A DNA stretch of 64,000 nucleotides from Minisyncoccota bacterium. GTDB taxonomy: Bacteria; Patescibacteriota; Minisyncoccia; Phycocordibacterales; UBA9973. The notes below the pieces were generated by a model, which was given only the letters and a program-made list of their open reading frames with translations, did no database searches and was not told the DNA's origin. Where the stretch lies: the NCBI GenBank assembly GCA_041674285.1, contig JBAYVZ010000001.1, forward strand, positions 165,129 through 229,128, given 5' to 3'. Positions 28,228 through 36,926 of the stretch are shown here, in pieces. Position numbers and translations under genes: made by a program. Positions within the stretch are counted from its first letter, which is position 1. Every line of letters begins with the position of its first letter.

Positions 28228-29544
28228 TTAATATCCTTCGCCTTCACCGCTTAGTCGTTCATCGATTCTATTCATATCGCGCGGGAACATACAAGCTTCA
28301 CGCACATTTTTAAGTCCGAGCAATTGCATGGTGATACGCTCTGCACCAAATGCGAATCCACCTTCGGGTGGGACACCGTACTTGAATGCTTCTAGGAACA
28401 TTTTTACCTTTGCTGGATCCATACCCCAAGTCTTTACATTTTCCATAAGTTGATCGTATTTATTTACACGACGTCCACCAGATAGCCACTCGAGACCACG
28501 ACACAATAGGTCCATACCTTCATTGTATTCTGGCTCTTCAGGATTTGCATAGACATAAAAAGGTTTTTGACGAGTTGGGAAACCATACACAAAGACAAAG
28601 TCTGAGCCTGTCTCATTTTTTACTATCTCACATATTTCTCTCTCATCTTGAGCATTCAAATCCTTTTCACCGCGAACATCACGAGCATAGACATCAAATA
28701 TTTTTTGTTGAACTTCACGAAGTGAATATGTAGGAGTTTTCTCTATCATCACAGGCAAAGTAGCATCGAGCAATTTTAAGTGCTCTGCATTTTTCTCTTC
28801 TACTTGCTTCAATATATATCTCACAGTATCTTCGGCCATATCACGTACATCTTCCCAAGAATCGATAAATCCCATCTCAGCATCGAGTGACACTATCTCT
28901 GTAAGGTGACGAGTTGTAGAGGATGGCTCTGCACGAAAAACTTTGTTCACAGAAAAACATCGCTCAAAAGCAGACATTACTATTTGCTTGTAGAGCTGTG
29001 GAGATTGTGAAAGGTATGCCTTTTTACCAAAGTAATCCAATTGAAAAACTTCTGCACCACCCTCAGCAGTAGCAGGGACCATAGACGGAGCCTGGAATTC
29101 AAAGAACATATTCTGCTTCATAAATTCACGGAATGAATCGATGATAGTCTCACTCACTTTGAATACTGCTTGGATTTTAGGCTGGCGTAGAACAAGAGCA
29201 CGATTGTCTAGCTCTGTAGTCAGCTCTAGATTATAACCAGTCAAAGACATATCAAAAGGTAGAGTCTCGGCTTCTGCTAGAACCTCTATACCCTGTATCT
29301 CAAGCTCGAGTTCACCATTGAGTACTCCAGCTTTTACATTTCTCTCTGGACGAGGATTTACCTTGCCTTTTACTTTTACTACGAATTCACCACGTAGAGT
29401 TTTCCCCACTTCTAGGGCCTCTGTATAATTTGGCAGTATCACACCTTGTACTCGGCCAGTCATATCGCGGAAATCTAGGAATATCATCTTGCCTTGATCA
29501 CGGCGAACATCTACCCATCCAGCGATAGTCACCTCTTCACCCAT
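28228..29544 (-). CDS. aspS: Aspartyl-tRNA synthetase, archaeal/eukaryal-type short form (asparaginyl-tRNA synthetase not excluded)
   Basis: N-terminal OB fold, class II motifs (FRAE...RHLTE, QSPQLYKQ, GGGAERITMQLLG), 438 aa. gatB in the window suggests Asn-tRNA is made by transamidation, favouring a non-discriminating AspRS. Confidence 0.75.
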   Translation of the reverse strand: MGEEVTIAGWVDVRRDQGKMIFLDFRDMTGRVQGVILPNYTEALEVGKTLRGEFVVKVKGKVNPRPERNVKAGVLNGELELEIQGIEVLAEAETLPFDMSLTGYNLELTTELDNRALVLRQPKIQAVFKVSETIIDSFREFMKQNMFFEFQAPSMVPATAEGGAEVFQLDYFGKKAYLSQSPQLYKQIVMSAFERCFSVNKVFRAEPSSTTRHLTEIVSLDAEMGFIDSWEDVRDMAEDTVRYILKQVEEKNAEHLKLLDATLPVMIEKTPTYSLREVQQKIFDVYARDVRGEKDLNAQDEREICEIVKNETGSDFVFVYGFPTRQKPFYVYANPEEPEYNEGMDLLCRGLEWLSGGRRVNKYDQLMENVKTWGMDPAKVKMFLEAFKYGVPPEGGFAFGAERITMQLLGLKNVREACMFPRDMNRIDERLSGEGEGY

Positions 29545-29583
29545 CTTCTTATTTAAATCTTTTATGTATGTTCTGTTTTTCTT

Positions 29584-29700
29584 CCCATTAGAGATAGGAA
29601 ATGTTCACATTTCCGTATATTTTTAATTTCTATTAATAATACGACTTAATTTTTTAAAACAATTTACGTTAGACATCTTACAAGCACATCTCTAACGGGA
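29584..29700 (+). repeat. TIR-bounded intergenic element, subtype 1 (copy E), 117 bp
   Basis: CCCATTAGAGATAGGAAATGTTCACATTTCC ... ATCTCTAACGGGA, 40 bp from the aspS start. Its right terminus abuts the stop codon of the 70-aa ORF. Confidence 0.8.
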
Positions 29701-29913
29701 CTAGTGTATATATTGAGGAATCTGTTCACATGGATACCCTATCATAAAAGTCAGACCTACTAGTATCCAATAAAATGGGGCAAAAGCAAAATAGATCACT
29801 TTGTCATTTTTCCACATTGGTAGATACCATTTTTGGACTTTCATAAATAGCATAGACAAAGGTATGTTTATGACATTTAAAAGTATGAGTACAATACTAA
29901 GGAAGAATTTCAT
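29701..29913 (-). CDS. Small 2-TM membrane protein (70 aa) exactly filling the gap between element copies E and F
   Basis: Two hydrophobic helices. The start codon abuts the copy F terminus and the stop codon abuts the copy E terminus. Coding status is uncertain. Confidence 0.3.
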   Translation of the reverse strand: MKFFLSIVLILLNVINIPLSMLFMKVQKWYLPMWKNDKVIYFAFAPFYWILVGLTFMIGYPCEQIPQYIH

Positions 29914-30030
29914 CCCGCTTAGAAGCAGATCGCGATCAGCTCGCTTTTTTGCTTGATTATATTAATAATATTTTTAAAGCTTTTTTCCATATTTTTGTTT
30001 TTTAAATTGCGATCGCGGCTTCTAACGGGA
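29914..30030 (+). repeat. TIR-bounded intergenic element, subtype 3 (copy F), 117 bp
   Basis: CCCGCTTAGAAGC ... GCTTCTAACGGGA. The termini match the family but the interior is different and GC-richer, with palindromes GATCGCGATC and GCGATCGC. Confidence 0.7.
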
Positions 30031-30039
30031 TTCATATAA

Positions 30040-30984
30040 TTAAAAGTCTACTCCAACTTTTGTACGAACATCCTGCATCTTTTTCAATACCTGATTTCGA
30101 GCCTTATCACGACCATCTTGTAATATCTTCTTTACTTCGTCGATATTGTCTTCGTAGTATTTTCTCTTGTCTCTCATCGGACCTATGAATGCGATCACAT
30201 CTGACAGTAGTGCCTCTTTTAGATCTTTGTATTTACCTTCATGCTTTGCATATAAATCAGCTAGATACGCTTCGTCGCGGAATAGTTTATGTATAGCATA
30301 TACATTCTCAGGTCTCTTGCCGGTAGAATCTGTGACGATACCCATCACAGCCTTCTTTATCTCCTCGTCTGTTCCGAATAGTGGTATGACATTGTCGTAG
30401 CTCTTGCTCATCTTTCGTCCATCGATACCTGGTACGACTGCTACATTGTCCATGATTAGTGGCTCTGGCAATTTGAAAGTCTCGCCGTATGCATTGTTGA
30501 ATTTCTGTGCGATATCGCGTGCGTATTCGATATGCTGTTTTTGATCTTGCCCTACTGGTACAATATCTGAATCTTGGATCAGGATATCTGCCGCCATGAG
30601 AACTGGATAGTCGAATAGTCCTACACTAGCCTCCTTGCCCTTTGCCTCAGTATCCTTGTATGCATGTGCACGCTCGAGGAATGGCACAGTGACCAGACAA
30701 TTGAAATACCAACATAGCTCTGTGACCTCTGCTATGTCTGATTGCTTGAATAAGCAAACCTTCTTTGGGTCCAGCCCGCACGCCAGGTAGTCCATAGTGA
30801 TATTTAGTATTGATTTTGATAGCTTTTCCTTGTCTTGTACTGTAGTGATAGCGTGGAGGTCAGCTATAAATATAGATGTCTCGTATTGGTCCTGCAGGTC
30901 CACAAACTGACGAATAGCCCCAAAATAATTACCAAGATGCATGTCCCCAGTAGGTTTTATACCTGAAAGTAAAACTTTTTTCAT
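30040..30984 (-). CDS. trpS: Tryptophanyl-tRNA synthetase
   Basis: KKVLSGIKPTGDMHLGNYFGAI N-terminus (class I HIGH-like) and a KMSKS motif. About 315 aa from the internal Met; the track start is at 31023. Confidence 0.85.
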   Translation of the reverse strand: MKKVLLSGIKPTGDMHLGNYFGAIRQFVDLQDQYETSIFIADLHAITTVQDKEKLSKSILNITMDYLACGLDPKKVCLFKQSDIAEVTELCWYFNCLVTVPFLERAHAYKDTEAKGKEASVGLFDYPVLMAADILIQDSDIVPVGQDQKQHIEYARDIAQKFNNAYGETFKLPEPLIMDNVAVVPGIDGRKMSKSYDNVIPLFGTDEEIKKAVMGIVTDSTGKRPENVYAIHKLFRDEAYLADLYAKHEGKYKDLKEALLSDVIAFIGPMRDKRKYYEDNIDEVKKILQDGRDKARNQVLKKMQDVRTKVGVDF

Positions 30985-31094
30985 ATATATGAATAATAGC
31001 AAAAAACCAAAACTTTTGCACATTTAGTCCACAGTTTTATCCCATTTTGTCTGTTTGCGATATTTTGACGGATTGATAGAATACATAACATGGT

Positions 31095-31213
31095 CCCGTT
31101 AGAAGTCATATATGTCATTCAAGCTACGGAGACTGTTTAAATAAATTATTTATATTCGATATTATTAGTTAAATTATGTACGATGATCTAAAGATTATCT
31201 ACTTCTAACGGGA
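31095..31213 (-). repeat. TIR-bounded intergenic element, subtype 2 (copy G), 119 bp, inverted relative to copies A/B
   Basis: Reverse complement of the copy A/B sequence. Its right terminus CTTCTAACGGG-ATG supplies the nucleotides immediately preceding, and overlapping, the dnaB start codon. Confidence 0.85.
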
Positions 31214-32619
31214 TGGCTATCAAAAAAGAAAATCTCAGAGTCCCTCCACAGAGTGTGGATTCAGAAAAAGCAGTCCTCGGATCTATCATGCTCCGACCTG
31301 GTGCAATACACGAAATCACAGATATTATAAACAGTGATTCTTTTTATGCTGGCAAACATGCTCAGATCTGGAATATCATGAATGAGCTCTCTGCAAAGGG
31401 TGATCCTATCGACCTAATCTCTGTATCACACAGACTAGGCGAAAAAGGCATGATTGATCAGGTGGGTGGTATCGGGTATTTATCTGAATTGACTAATGCA
31501 GTCCCCGCTTCTACAAACATCCGCCACTATGCAGATATAGTAAATAAAAAACATGTACTCCGAAAAGTTATTGAAGCTGGATCAGATATTTCTGAACTCG
31601 GTTTCAAAGAAGACATTGAAGATATCCTAGATGTAGTGAATCAGGCGGAGAAGCGCATCATGGGTGTGGGCGGATTCTCAAAAGGCAAAACATTCCAATC
31701 TCTAAAAGAATCCCTACCCGAGGCTTGGGAGCGCCTAGAAAAGCTCCACGAGAACAAGGGTATGCTCCGCGGTGTTCCTACAGGATTCCGAGATCTCGAC
31801 AATCTACTATCTGGTTTTCAAAAGTCTGACCTAGTCATCCTCGCTGCCCGTCCATCTGTCGGTAAGACAGCCTTTGCTCTGAACATCGCTCGTCATGCAG
31901 CGTCCAAGCACCAGATACCTACAGTCATTTTCTCACTAGAAATGGGAACTCAGCAGCTAGTAGACAGAATGCTCGCCGCTGATGCCAATGTGAATGCTTG
32001 GAATTTGCGAACTGGAAATATCTCTGCAGAGAGTGAATTTTCAAAGATTCGCGACTCCCTAGACAAACTAGCCAAGGCTCCGATCTTTATCGATGATATC
32101 GCCGGAAATACTATCGGCCGTATGCGCTCTGTATGCCGTCGTGTGCACGCCGAGCATGGTATAGGATTAATATTAGTCGACTACCTACAGCTGATGTCTA
32201 CAGCAAAGAGTTATGATAATATGGTGAACCAAGTAACTGAAATATCTCACTCTCTCAAGGCTCTAGCCAAAGAGTTCGACGTGCCAGTCATCGCCCTATC
32301 TCAGCTATCTCGTGCTGTGGAGCAGCGTGGGGGCAAGCCTCGATTATCTGACCTCCGTGACTCTGGATCTATCGAGCAGGACGCCGACGTCGTGATGTTC
32401 ATCCACCGAGAAGACAAAGGTAAAGATGAGAGTGAGCGTACAAATATCGCCGAGATACTAGTGGAAAAGCACAGAAATGGACCAGTGGGTCATGTACAGC
32501 TATACTTTGATGATAAACTAGGTGCATTCCTAGACCTTGAAAAAGGCAACCTAAATGGCTTTGCGGCAATGGCAAATTCCCAAATATCATCCCCTCAAAA
32601 TGGATTGGATGGATTTTAA
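31213..32619 (+). CDS. dnaB: Replicative DNA helicase DnaB
   Basis: N-terminal DnaB domain (PPQSVDSEKAVLGSIM) and RecA-like domain with Walker A (ARPSVGKTAFALNIA). Confidence 0.93.
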   Translation: MAIKKENLRVPPQSVDSEKAVLGSIMLRPGAIHEITDIINSDSFYAGKHAQIWNIMNELSAKGDPIDLISVSHRLGEKGMIDQVGGIGYLSELTNAVPASTNIRHYADIVNKKHVLRKVIEAGSDISELGFKEDIEDILDVVNQAEKRIMGVGGFSKGKTFQSLKESLPEAWERLEKLHENKGMLRGVPTGFRDLDNLLSGFQKSDLVILAARPSVGKTAFALNIARHAASKHQIPTVIFSLEMGTQQLVDRMLAADANVNAWNLRTGNISAESEFSKIRDSLDKLAKAPIFIDDIAGNTIGRMRSVCRRVHAEHGIGLILVDYLQLMSTAKSYDNMVNQVTEISHSLKALAKEFDVPVIALSQLSRAVEQRGGKPRLSDLRDSGSIEQDADVVMFIHREDKGKDESERTNIAEILVEKHRNGPVGHVQLYFDDKLGAFLDLEKGNLNGFAAMANSQISSPQNGLDGF

Positions 32620-32627
32620 TTATGAAT

Positions 32628-32746
32628 CCCGTTAGAGATGTGCTTGTCATATTTCTAGTATTGGGTAACATATAAAGATTAAGTCGTATTATTTACTAAA
32701 AAATTAAAATATACGGTAATGTAAACATTACCTATCTCTAACGGGA
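32628..32746 (-). repeat. TIR-bounded intergenic element, subtype 1 (copy H), 119 bp, inverted relative to copies C/D/E
   Basis: CCCGTTAGAGATGTGCTTGT ... GGTAATGTAAACATTACCTATCTCTAACGGG-ATG. Its right terminus abuts the recR start codon. Hairpin variant GGTAATG-taaa-CATTACC. Confidence 0.85.
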
Positions 32747-33354
32747 TGAATCAAATAGAAATACTCGCACAACTTTTCAAGGAATTTCCAGGTATTGGTG
32801 AAAGACAAGCCAAGCGTTTTGTGTATTTCCTACTCCACAAAAATCCTACATACATCCGCGAGCTCAGTGATGCGATAGTCGCAGTCAAAAATACAATAAA
32901 GCAATGTCCCTCATGCTACCTATTCTTTCAGTCTGAGCGCGACAGTCTATGTGATACATGTCGTGATTCTAAGACAGACCATACTTCCCTATTGATTATC
33001 GAAAAAGATGCAGATTACGAGAGTATTAAAAAGAGTAAGAATTATAGTGGGATGTATTTCATCCTAGGCGGATTGATACCTATAGTCACAAAAGATACAC
33101 CCAATTTTGTCCGAGTAAATGAATTGATGAGAGTGATTGAGAATAGATTTAAAAATGAAGGACTAAAAGAAATAATTATTGCCCTATCGCTGAATCCTCA
33201 AGGAGAAAACACTGACACATATATCCGTGAATTACTAAATAGTTATGATGGCAAGATCAAGATATCGAGCCTAGGCCGTGGACTATCCACAGGTTCAGAG
33301 CTCGAATACGCCGACAGTGAGACAATAAAAAACGCCCTTAGGAATAGGTCATAA
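32746..33354 (+). CDS. recR: Recombination protein RecR
   Basis: HhH motif (FPGIGERQAKRFVYFLL), C4 zinc finger (CPSCYLF...CDTC) and a Toprim domain. Confidence 0.9.
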   Translation: MNQIEILAQLFKEFPGIGERQAKRFVYFLLHKNPTYIRELSDAIVAVKNTIKQCPSCYLFFQSERDSLCDTCRDSKTDHTSLLIIEKDADYESIKKSKNYSGMYFILGGLIPIVTKDTPNFVRVNELMRVIENRFKNEGLKEIIIALSLNPQGENTDTYIRELLNSYDGKIKISSLGRGLSTGSELEYADSETIKNALRNRS

Positions 33355-33409
33355 GAAATACCCCAATAGTCAAAGACTCTTGGGGTATTTACGTAGTAGT
33401 TTTCTCTCA

Positions 33410-34096
33410 TCATAATGTAAACTTTTTATGATCAGCAATGACAGAATACTGAAGTCCAACAAAGAACTCCAATTTCCCTTCATAAACCTGACCTGTTCCT
33501 AACATTAGTATTGAGTGCCATTTTGGATACTCTACACCACCTTGAAACAATAAAAAATCATGTCCATTACGAATTCTACCTGATGATTGGAATACTATTC
33601 CAAAATTCTTGTTAATCCACATGGGATGAGTCAAAAGCATATAAGATACTTCCACACCACCGACACGATGCTCGGCTGTACCATAAGTAGAATAATTTAA
33701 ACCTACATTACAATTCAAGAATGGCTTTGTAAACCACTCAATTTCTTGCATATAGAATTTAATCCCTGTTTGAAAGTGATTTTTTTCAGGATGAATCCCG
33801 AATAGATCATTTTCAAAAGAAAAAGAAAGGTGTAATGGACCATAAATCTTAGGGTCCAAGGAGACAGAATAATCTTGAAAACCATTTGTGAGATTGTACT
33901 CATAAAACCAAGTTGCCTTGATATGATTAAATCCCACCAATCCATTTGTATTCACCATAAATTGATGTTCATGGGGTGAATAAGCAGCTTCAACTTCAGC
34001 TACTTTCAAAGGATTGTGATTTTCATCAGAATGTTGAGAGTTTGCATCTAGTGCTCCGAGCACTAGCACTGCAAAGAGTAGATTTTTAAGGTGCAT
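33410..34096 (-). CDS. Secreted beta-rich protein (hypothetical; possible outer-membrane or cell-wall associated)
   Basis: Signal peptide (MHLKNLLFAVLVLGALDANS) followed by aromatic-rich alternating segments. Confidence 0.4.
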   Translation of the reverse strand: MHLKNLLFAVLVLGALDANSQHSDENHNPLKVAEVEAAYSPHEHQFMVNTNGLVGFNHIKATWFYEYNLTNGFQDYSVSLDPKIYGPLHLSFSFENDLFGIHPEKNHFQTGIKFYMQEIEWFTKPFLNCNVGLNYSTYGTAEHRVGGVEVSYMLLTHPMWINKNFGIVFQSSGRIRNGHDFLLFQGGVEYPKWHSILMLGTGQVYEGKLEFFVGLQYSVIADHKKFTL

Positions 34097-34215
34097 AAAT
34101 ATTAAGTTAATATAGTCGTTTGGTTTTATAGAACCTCATGGGTTCATCAGATCTAGTAAAACCAAACGACTCTCCGTTTGACAACTTAACTTTTCTGTAT
34201 TATAACATAATCCTA

Positions 34216-34250
34216 CAGAAAAAGCAAGCCCCCACCGGATGGTGGGGGCT
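34216..34250. terminator. Hairpin terminator downstream of rplU
   Basis: AGCCCCCACC-ggat-GGTGGGGGCT with a T-run on the minus strand. Confidence 0.7.
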
Positions 34251-34267
34251 TTGCCTTGTGAGTGTGA

Positions 34268-34585
34268 TTATTTTATTGCTGAGATCTTTACTTCGACAAA
34301 AAGCTGACGATGACCATTTCTCTTCAAATATCGGCTCTTTTGCTTGTATTTTACAACCTTTACTGTCTTTCCGCGTCCTGATCTCTGGAATAGTGATTCT
34401 ACAGTAGCGCCTTTTATATAAGGTTCACCGATTGTAGTATCTGTACCGTTATCTACTAATAGCACCTTGTCAAAAACTATCTTGTCGCCAAGAGTAAAAT
34501 CCCTTGCAAGTTTCTCAACTTTCAAGACATCGCCTACTGCGACTTTATATTGCTTTCCACCTGTTTCAATAACTGCAAATTCCAT
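34268..34585 (-). CDS. rplU: 50S ribosomal protein L21
   Basis: MEFAVIETGGKQYKVAVGDVLKVEKL matches L21. Start placed at this internal Met; the track start is at 34654. Confidence 0.88.
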   Translation of the reverse strand: MEFAVIETGGKQYKVAVGDVLKVEKLARDFTLGDKIVFDKVLLVDNGTDTTIGEPYIKGATVESLFQRSGRGKTVKVVKYKQKSRYLKRNGHRQLFVEVKISAIK

Positions 34586-34644
34586 AGTGGATATATAATA
34601 CACAAAAGTTTTGAAAATTGCAAGGGGGGCGGTATAATATCCAT

Positions 34645-35448
34645 ATGATTTCAAAATACACCTATAAAGGACTCACTTGGATAGACTTGGAAAACCCTAC
34701 AAAGGGCGAGGTCGACCATATAGATGAAGACTATAGCATCCCCTCTTCTTTTGCTACAGAACTACTAAATAATGACCCAGATATAGGTATCAGTGGCCAA
34801 GAAGACACCGTCTGCGCAGTATTGAATTTTCCTAAAATCAAAAACAACAAAAATACTATAATAAATCAAAAAGTCACGTTCCTAGTCGGACGAGATTTTA
34901 TCATTACATCCCACGATCACAAGATAGATACGATATCGGAGTTCTCCAAGAAGCTAGAAATAAAACTTTCTCTAGAACAACCACTCCCAGTATCCAATGC
35001 GAGCCTGGTGTACTTCTCTATGGTAAAGACTCTGATAAATAGCAATATGGAAAATCAAAAAGAGATAGAGATTCAGATTGAGAATATCGAGAAAAAGCAT
35101 CGCAAGAATTCAAAAAAGATAGTCAGCCAGATTATGAATCTAAAAAAGATCTTGATAGATTTCAAGTACAATACAGAAATCCAGCGGAGTATGCTACCGT
35201 ATTTTGATTACTACGCAGAGAGCTTTTTCAAGATAGACACTCGAAGACATACAAATGAGATGGTCATAGAGTGTGCAAGATTAGAGAGTGTACTACATAT
35301 GCAGTCAGGCACATTGGACAATATCTCAAATATGATAAATATAATCATAGACAAGAGAATCCACCGATTGATATTTGTCTTCTCATTCTTTGCTATACTT
35401 GCTCTATCCGCTATATTAATCCTACGAATAACCAATATTAACTTCTAA
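34645..35448 (+). CDS. CorA-like divalent-cation transporter homologue (divergent, no GMN motif seen); tentative
   Basis: The N-terminus has the W-I-D-L-x-N-P-T layout of CorA cytoplasmic domains, plus a long coiled-coil and a C-terminal TM helix. A TATAAT lies 8 bp upstream. Confidence 0.3.
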   Translation: MISKYTYKGLTWIDLENPTKGEVDHIDEDYSIPSSFATELLNNDPDIGISGQEDTVCAVLNFPKIKNNKNTIINQKVTFLVGRDFIITSHDHKIDTISEFSKKLEIKLSLEQPLPVSNASLVYFSMVKTLINSNMENQKEIEIQIENIEKKHRKNSKKIVSQIMNLKKILIDFKYNTEIQRSMLPYFDYYAESFFKIDTRRHTNEMVIECARLESVLHMQSGTLDNISNMINIIIDKRIHRLIFVFSFFAILALSAILILRITNINF

Positions 35449-35452
35449 ACAT

Positions 35453-36850
35453 ATGCCCCTTATACTCAAAAATACATTAACTAGAACAGAAGAAGTTTTC
35501 GAGCCTACCAATAAAGACTCTGTATCTTTGTATACCTGTGGGCCTACTGTCTACAACTATCCCCACATAGGCAATTACCGTGCATATGTATTTGGCGATA
35601 TCCTAAAGCGTACTCTCTCCTATCTTGGATACAATGTGAAGCACATCATGAATATCACAGACATAGACGACAAGACTATTCGTGACTCTATTGCTGGGGG
35701 CAAGACTCTAGCAGAATTTACAGAATTCTACACACAGGAATTTTACAAAGATATCGAAGCACTCCATATCGTACGTGCAGAAAAATACACAAAGGCTACA
35801 GACTACATAGATGAGATGGTGAAGATGATAGAGACTTTAATAGAGAAAGGTTTTGCATATAGAGGTGATGATGGCTCTGTTTATTTTGATATTGCAAAAG
35901 ACAAAAATTATGGACAACTCGTAAAACTTGAGAATAAGATTGATGTAAATTCTGACTGTGCCCTCGCTAATCAAGAAAAAAAGTATAATCGTATAAATAA
36001 TGATGAATATGATAAAGAGAACATTTCTGATTTCGCATTATGGAAAGCTTGGGATGAGAATGATGGTGAAGTATTCTGGGAGACCAGTCTAGGAAAAGGA
36101 CGCCCTGGCTGGCACATAGAATGCTCTGCGATGAGTATAGCCGAGCTCGGTGACCATATCGACATCCACACTGGAGGAGTCGACAATATGTTCCCTCACC
36201 ATGAGAATGAGATCGCCCAATCCGAATGCGCCACAGGACACCAATTTGTAAAATACTGGATGCACAATGAGCACCTGATGGTAGATGGCAAGAAGATGTC
36301 CAAGTCAGCGGGTAATTTCTATACCCTCCGAGATATCGAGAAACTAGGAATCACTCCGTTGGCATACCGTTATTGGCTCTATACGGGCAATTACGACACG
36401 AAAGTGAACTTTACGATTGATGCTGTGTCTGGTGCACAAACAGCCCTAGAACGCCTCTATACTGCATATAGAGATTTAGGAAACAATCTGGAAGTCGGAC
36501 TTCCAGATATGAGATACAAGACAAAATTCACTGAATTTATCAGTGACAATCTAAATACTCCAAAAGCCCTAGCCCTTGTGTGGGAATTGGTAAAGGATGA
36601 CAGTGTATCCCCTGCAGATAAAAAAGCGACTCTCCTTGATTTAGACAATGTTCTTGGTTTTGGTTTCGAGAATCTAAAAGAAGAGACTGATATAGAGATC
36701 CCAGCTGAAGTATTAAAATTGGCAGATGCTCGTACAGTGGCTCGCAATGAAAAGAATTGGTCCGAGAGCGACAAACTCCGCGACCAGATCAAAGATCTCG
36801 GCTACGAGATCAAAGACACAGATACCGGACATAAAATCTCTAGAATATAA
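35453..36850 (+). CDS. cysS: Cysteinyl-tRNA synthetase
   Basis: YTCGPTVYNYPHIGNYRAYVFGDIL (HIGH motif), KMSKS motif, 465 aa. Confidence 0.92.
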   Translation: MPLILKNTLTRTEEVFEPTNKDSVSLYTCGPTVYNYPHIGNYRAYVFGDILKRTLSYLGYNVKHIMNITDIDDKTIRDSIAGGKTLAEFTEFYTQEFYKDIEALHIVRAEKYTKATDYIDEMVKMIETLIEKGFAYRGDDGSVYFDIAKDKNYGQLVKLENKIDVNSDCALANQEKKYNRINNDEYDKENISDFALWKAWDENDGEVFWETSLGKGRPGWHIECSAMSIAELGDHIDIHTGGVDNMFPHHENEIAQSECATGHQFVKYWMHNEHLMVDGKKMSKSAGNFYTLRDIEKLGITPLAYRYWLYTGNYDTKVNFTIDAVSGAQTALERLYTAYRDLGNNLEVGLPDMRYKTKFTEFISDNLNTPKALALVWELVKDDSVSPADKKATLLDLDNVLGFGFENLKEETDIEIPAEVLKLADARTVARNEKNWSESDKLRDQIKDLGYEIKDTDTGHKISRI

Positions 36851-36886
36851 AAATCTCCCACAGGTCCGACCTGTGGGAGATTTTTA
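36851..36886 (+). terminator. Rho-independent terminator after cysS
   Basis: AAATCTCCCACAGG-tccgac-CTGTGGGAGATTT followed by a T-run. Confidence 0.8.
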
Positions 36887-36926
36887 TATTGTATTATGCT
36901 AGCACCTAGAATCTAACTACTAGAAC

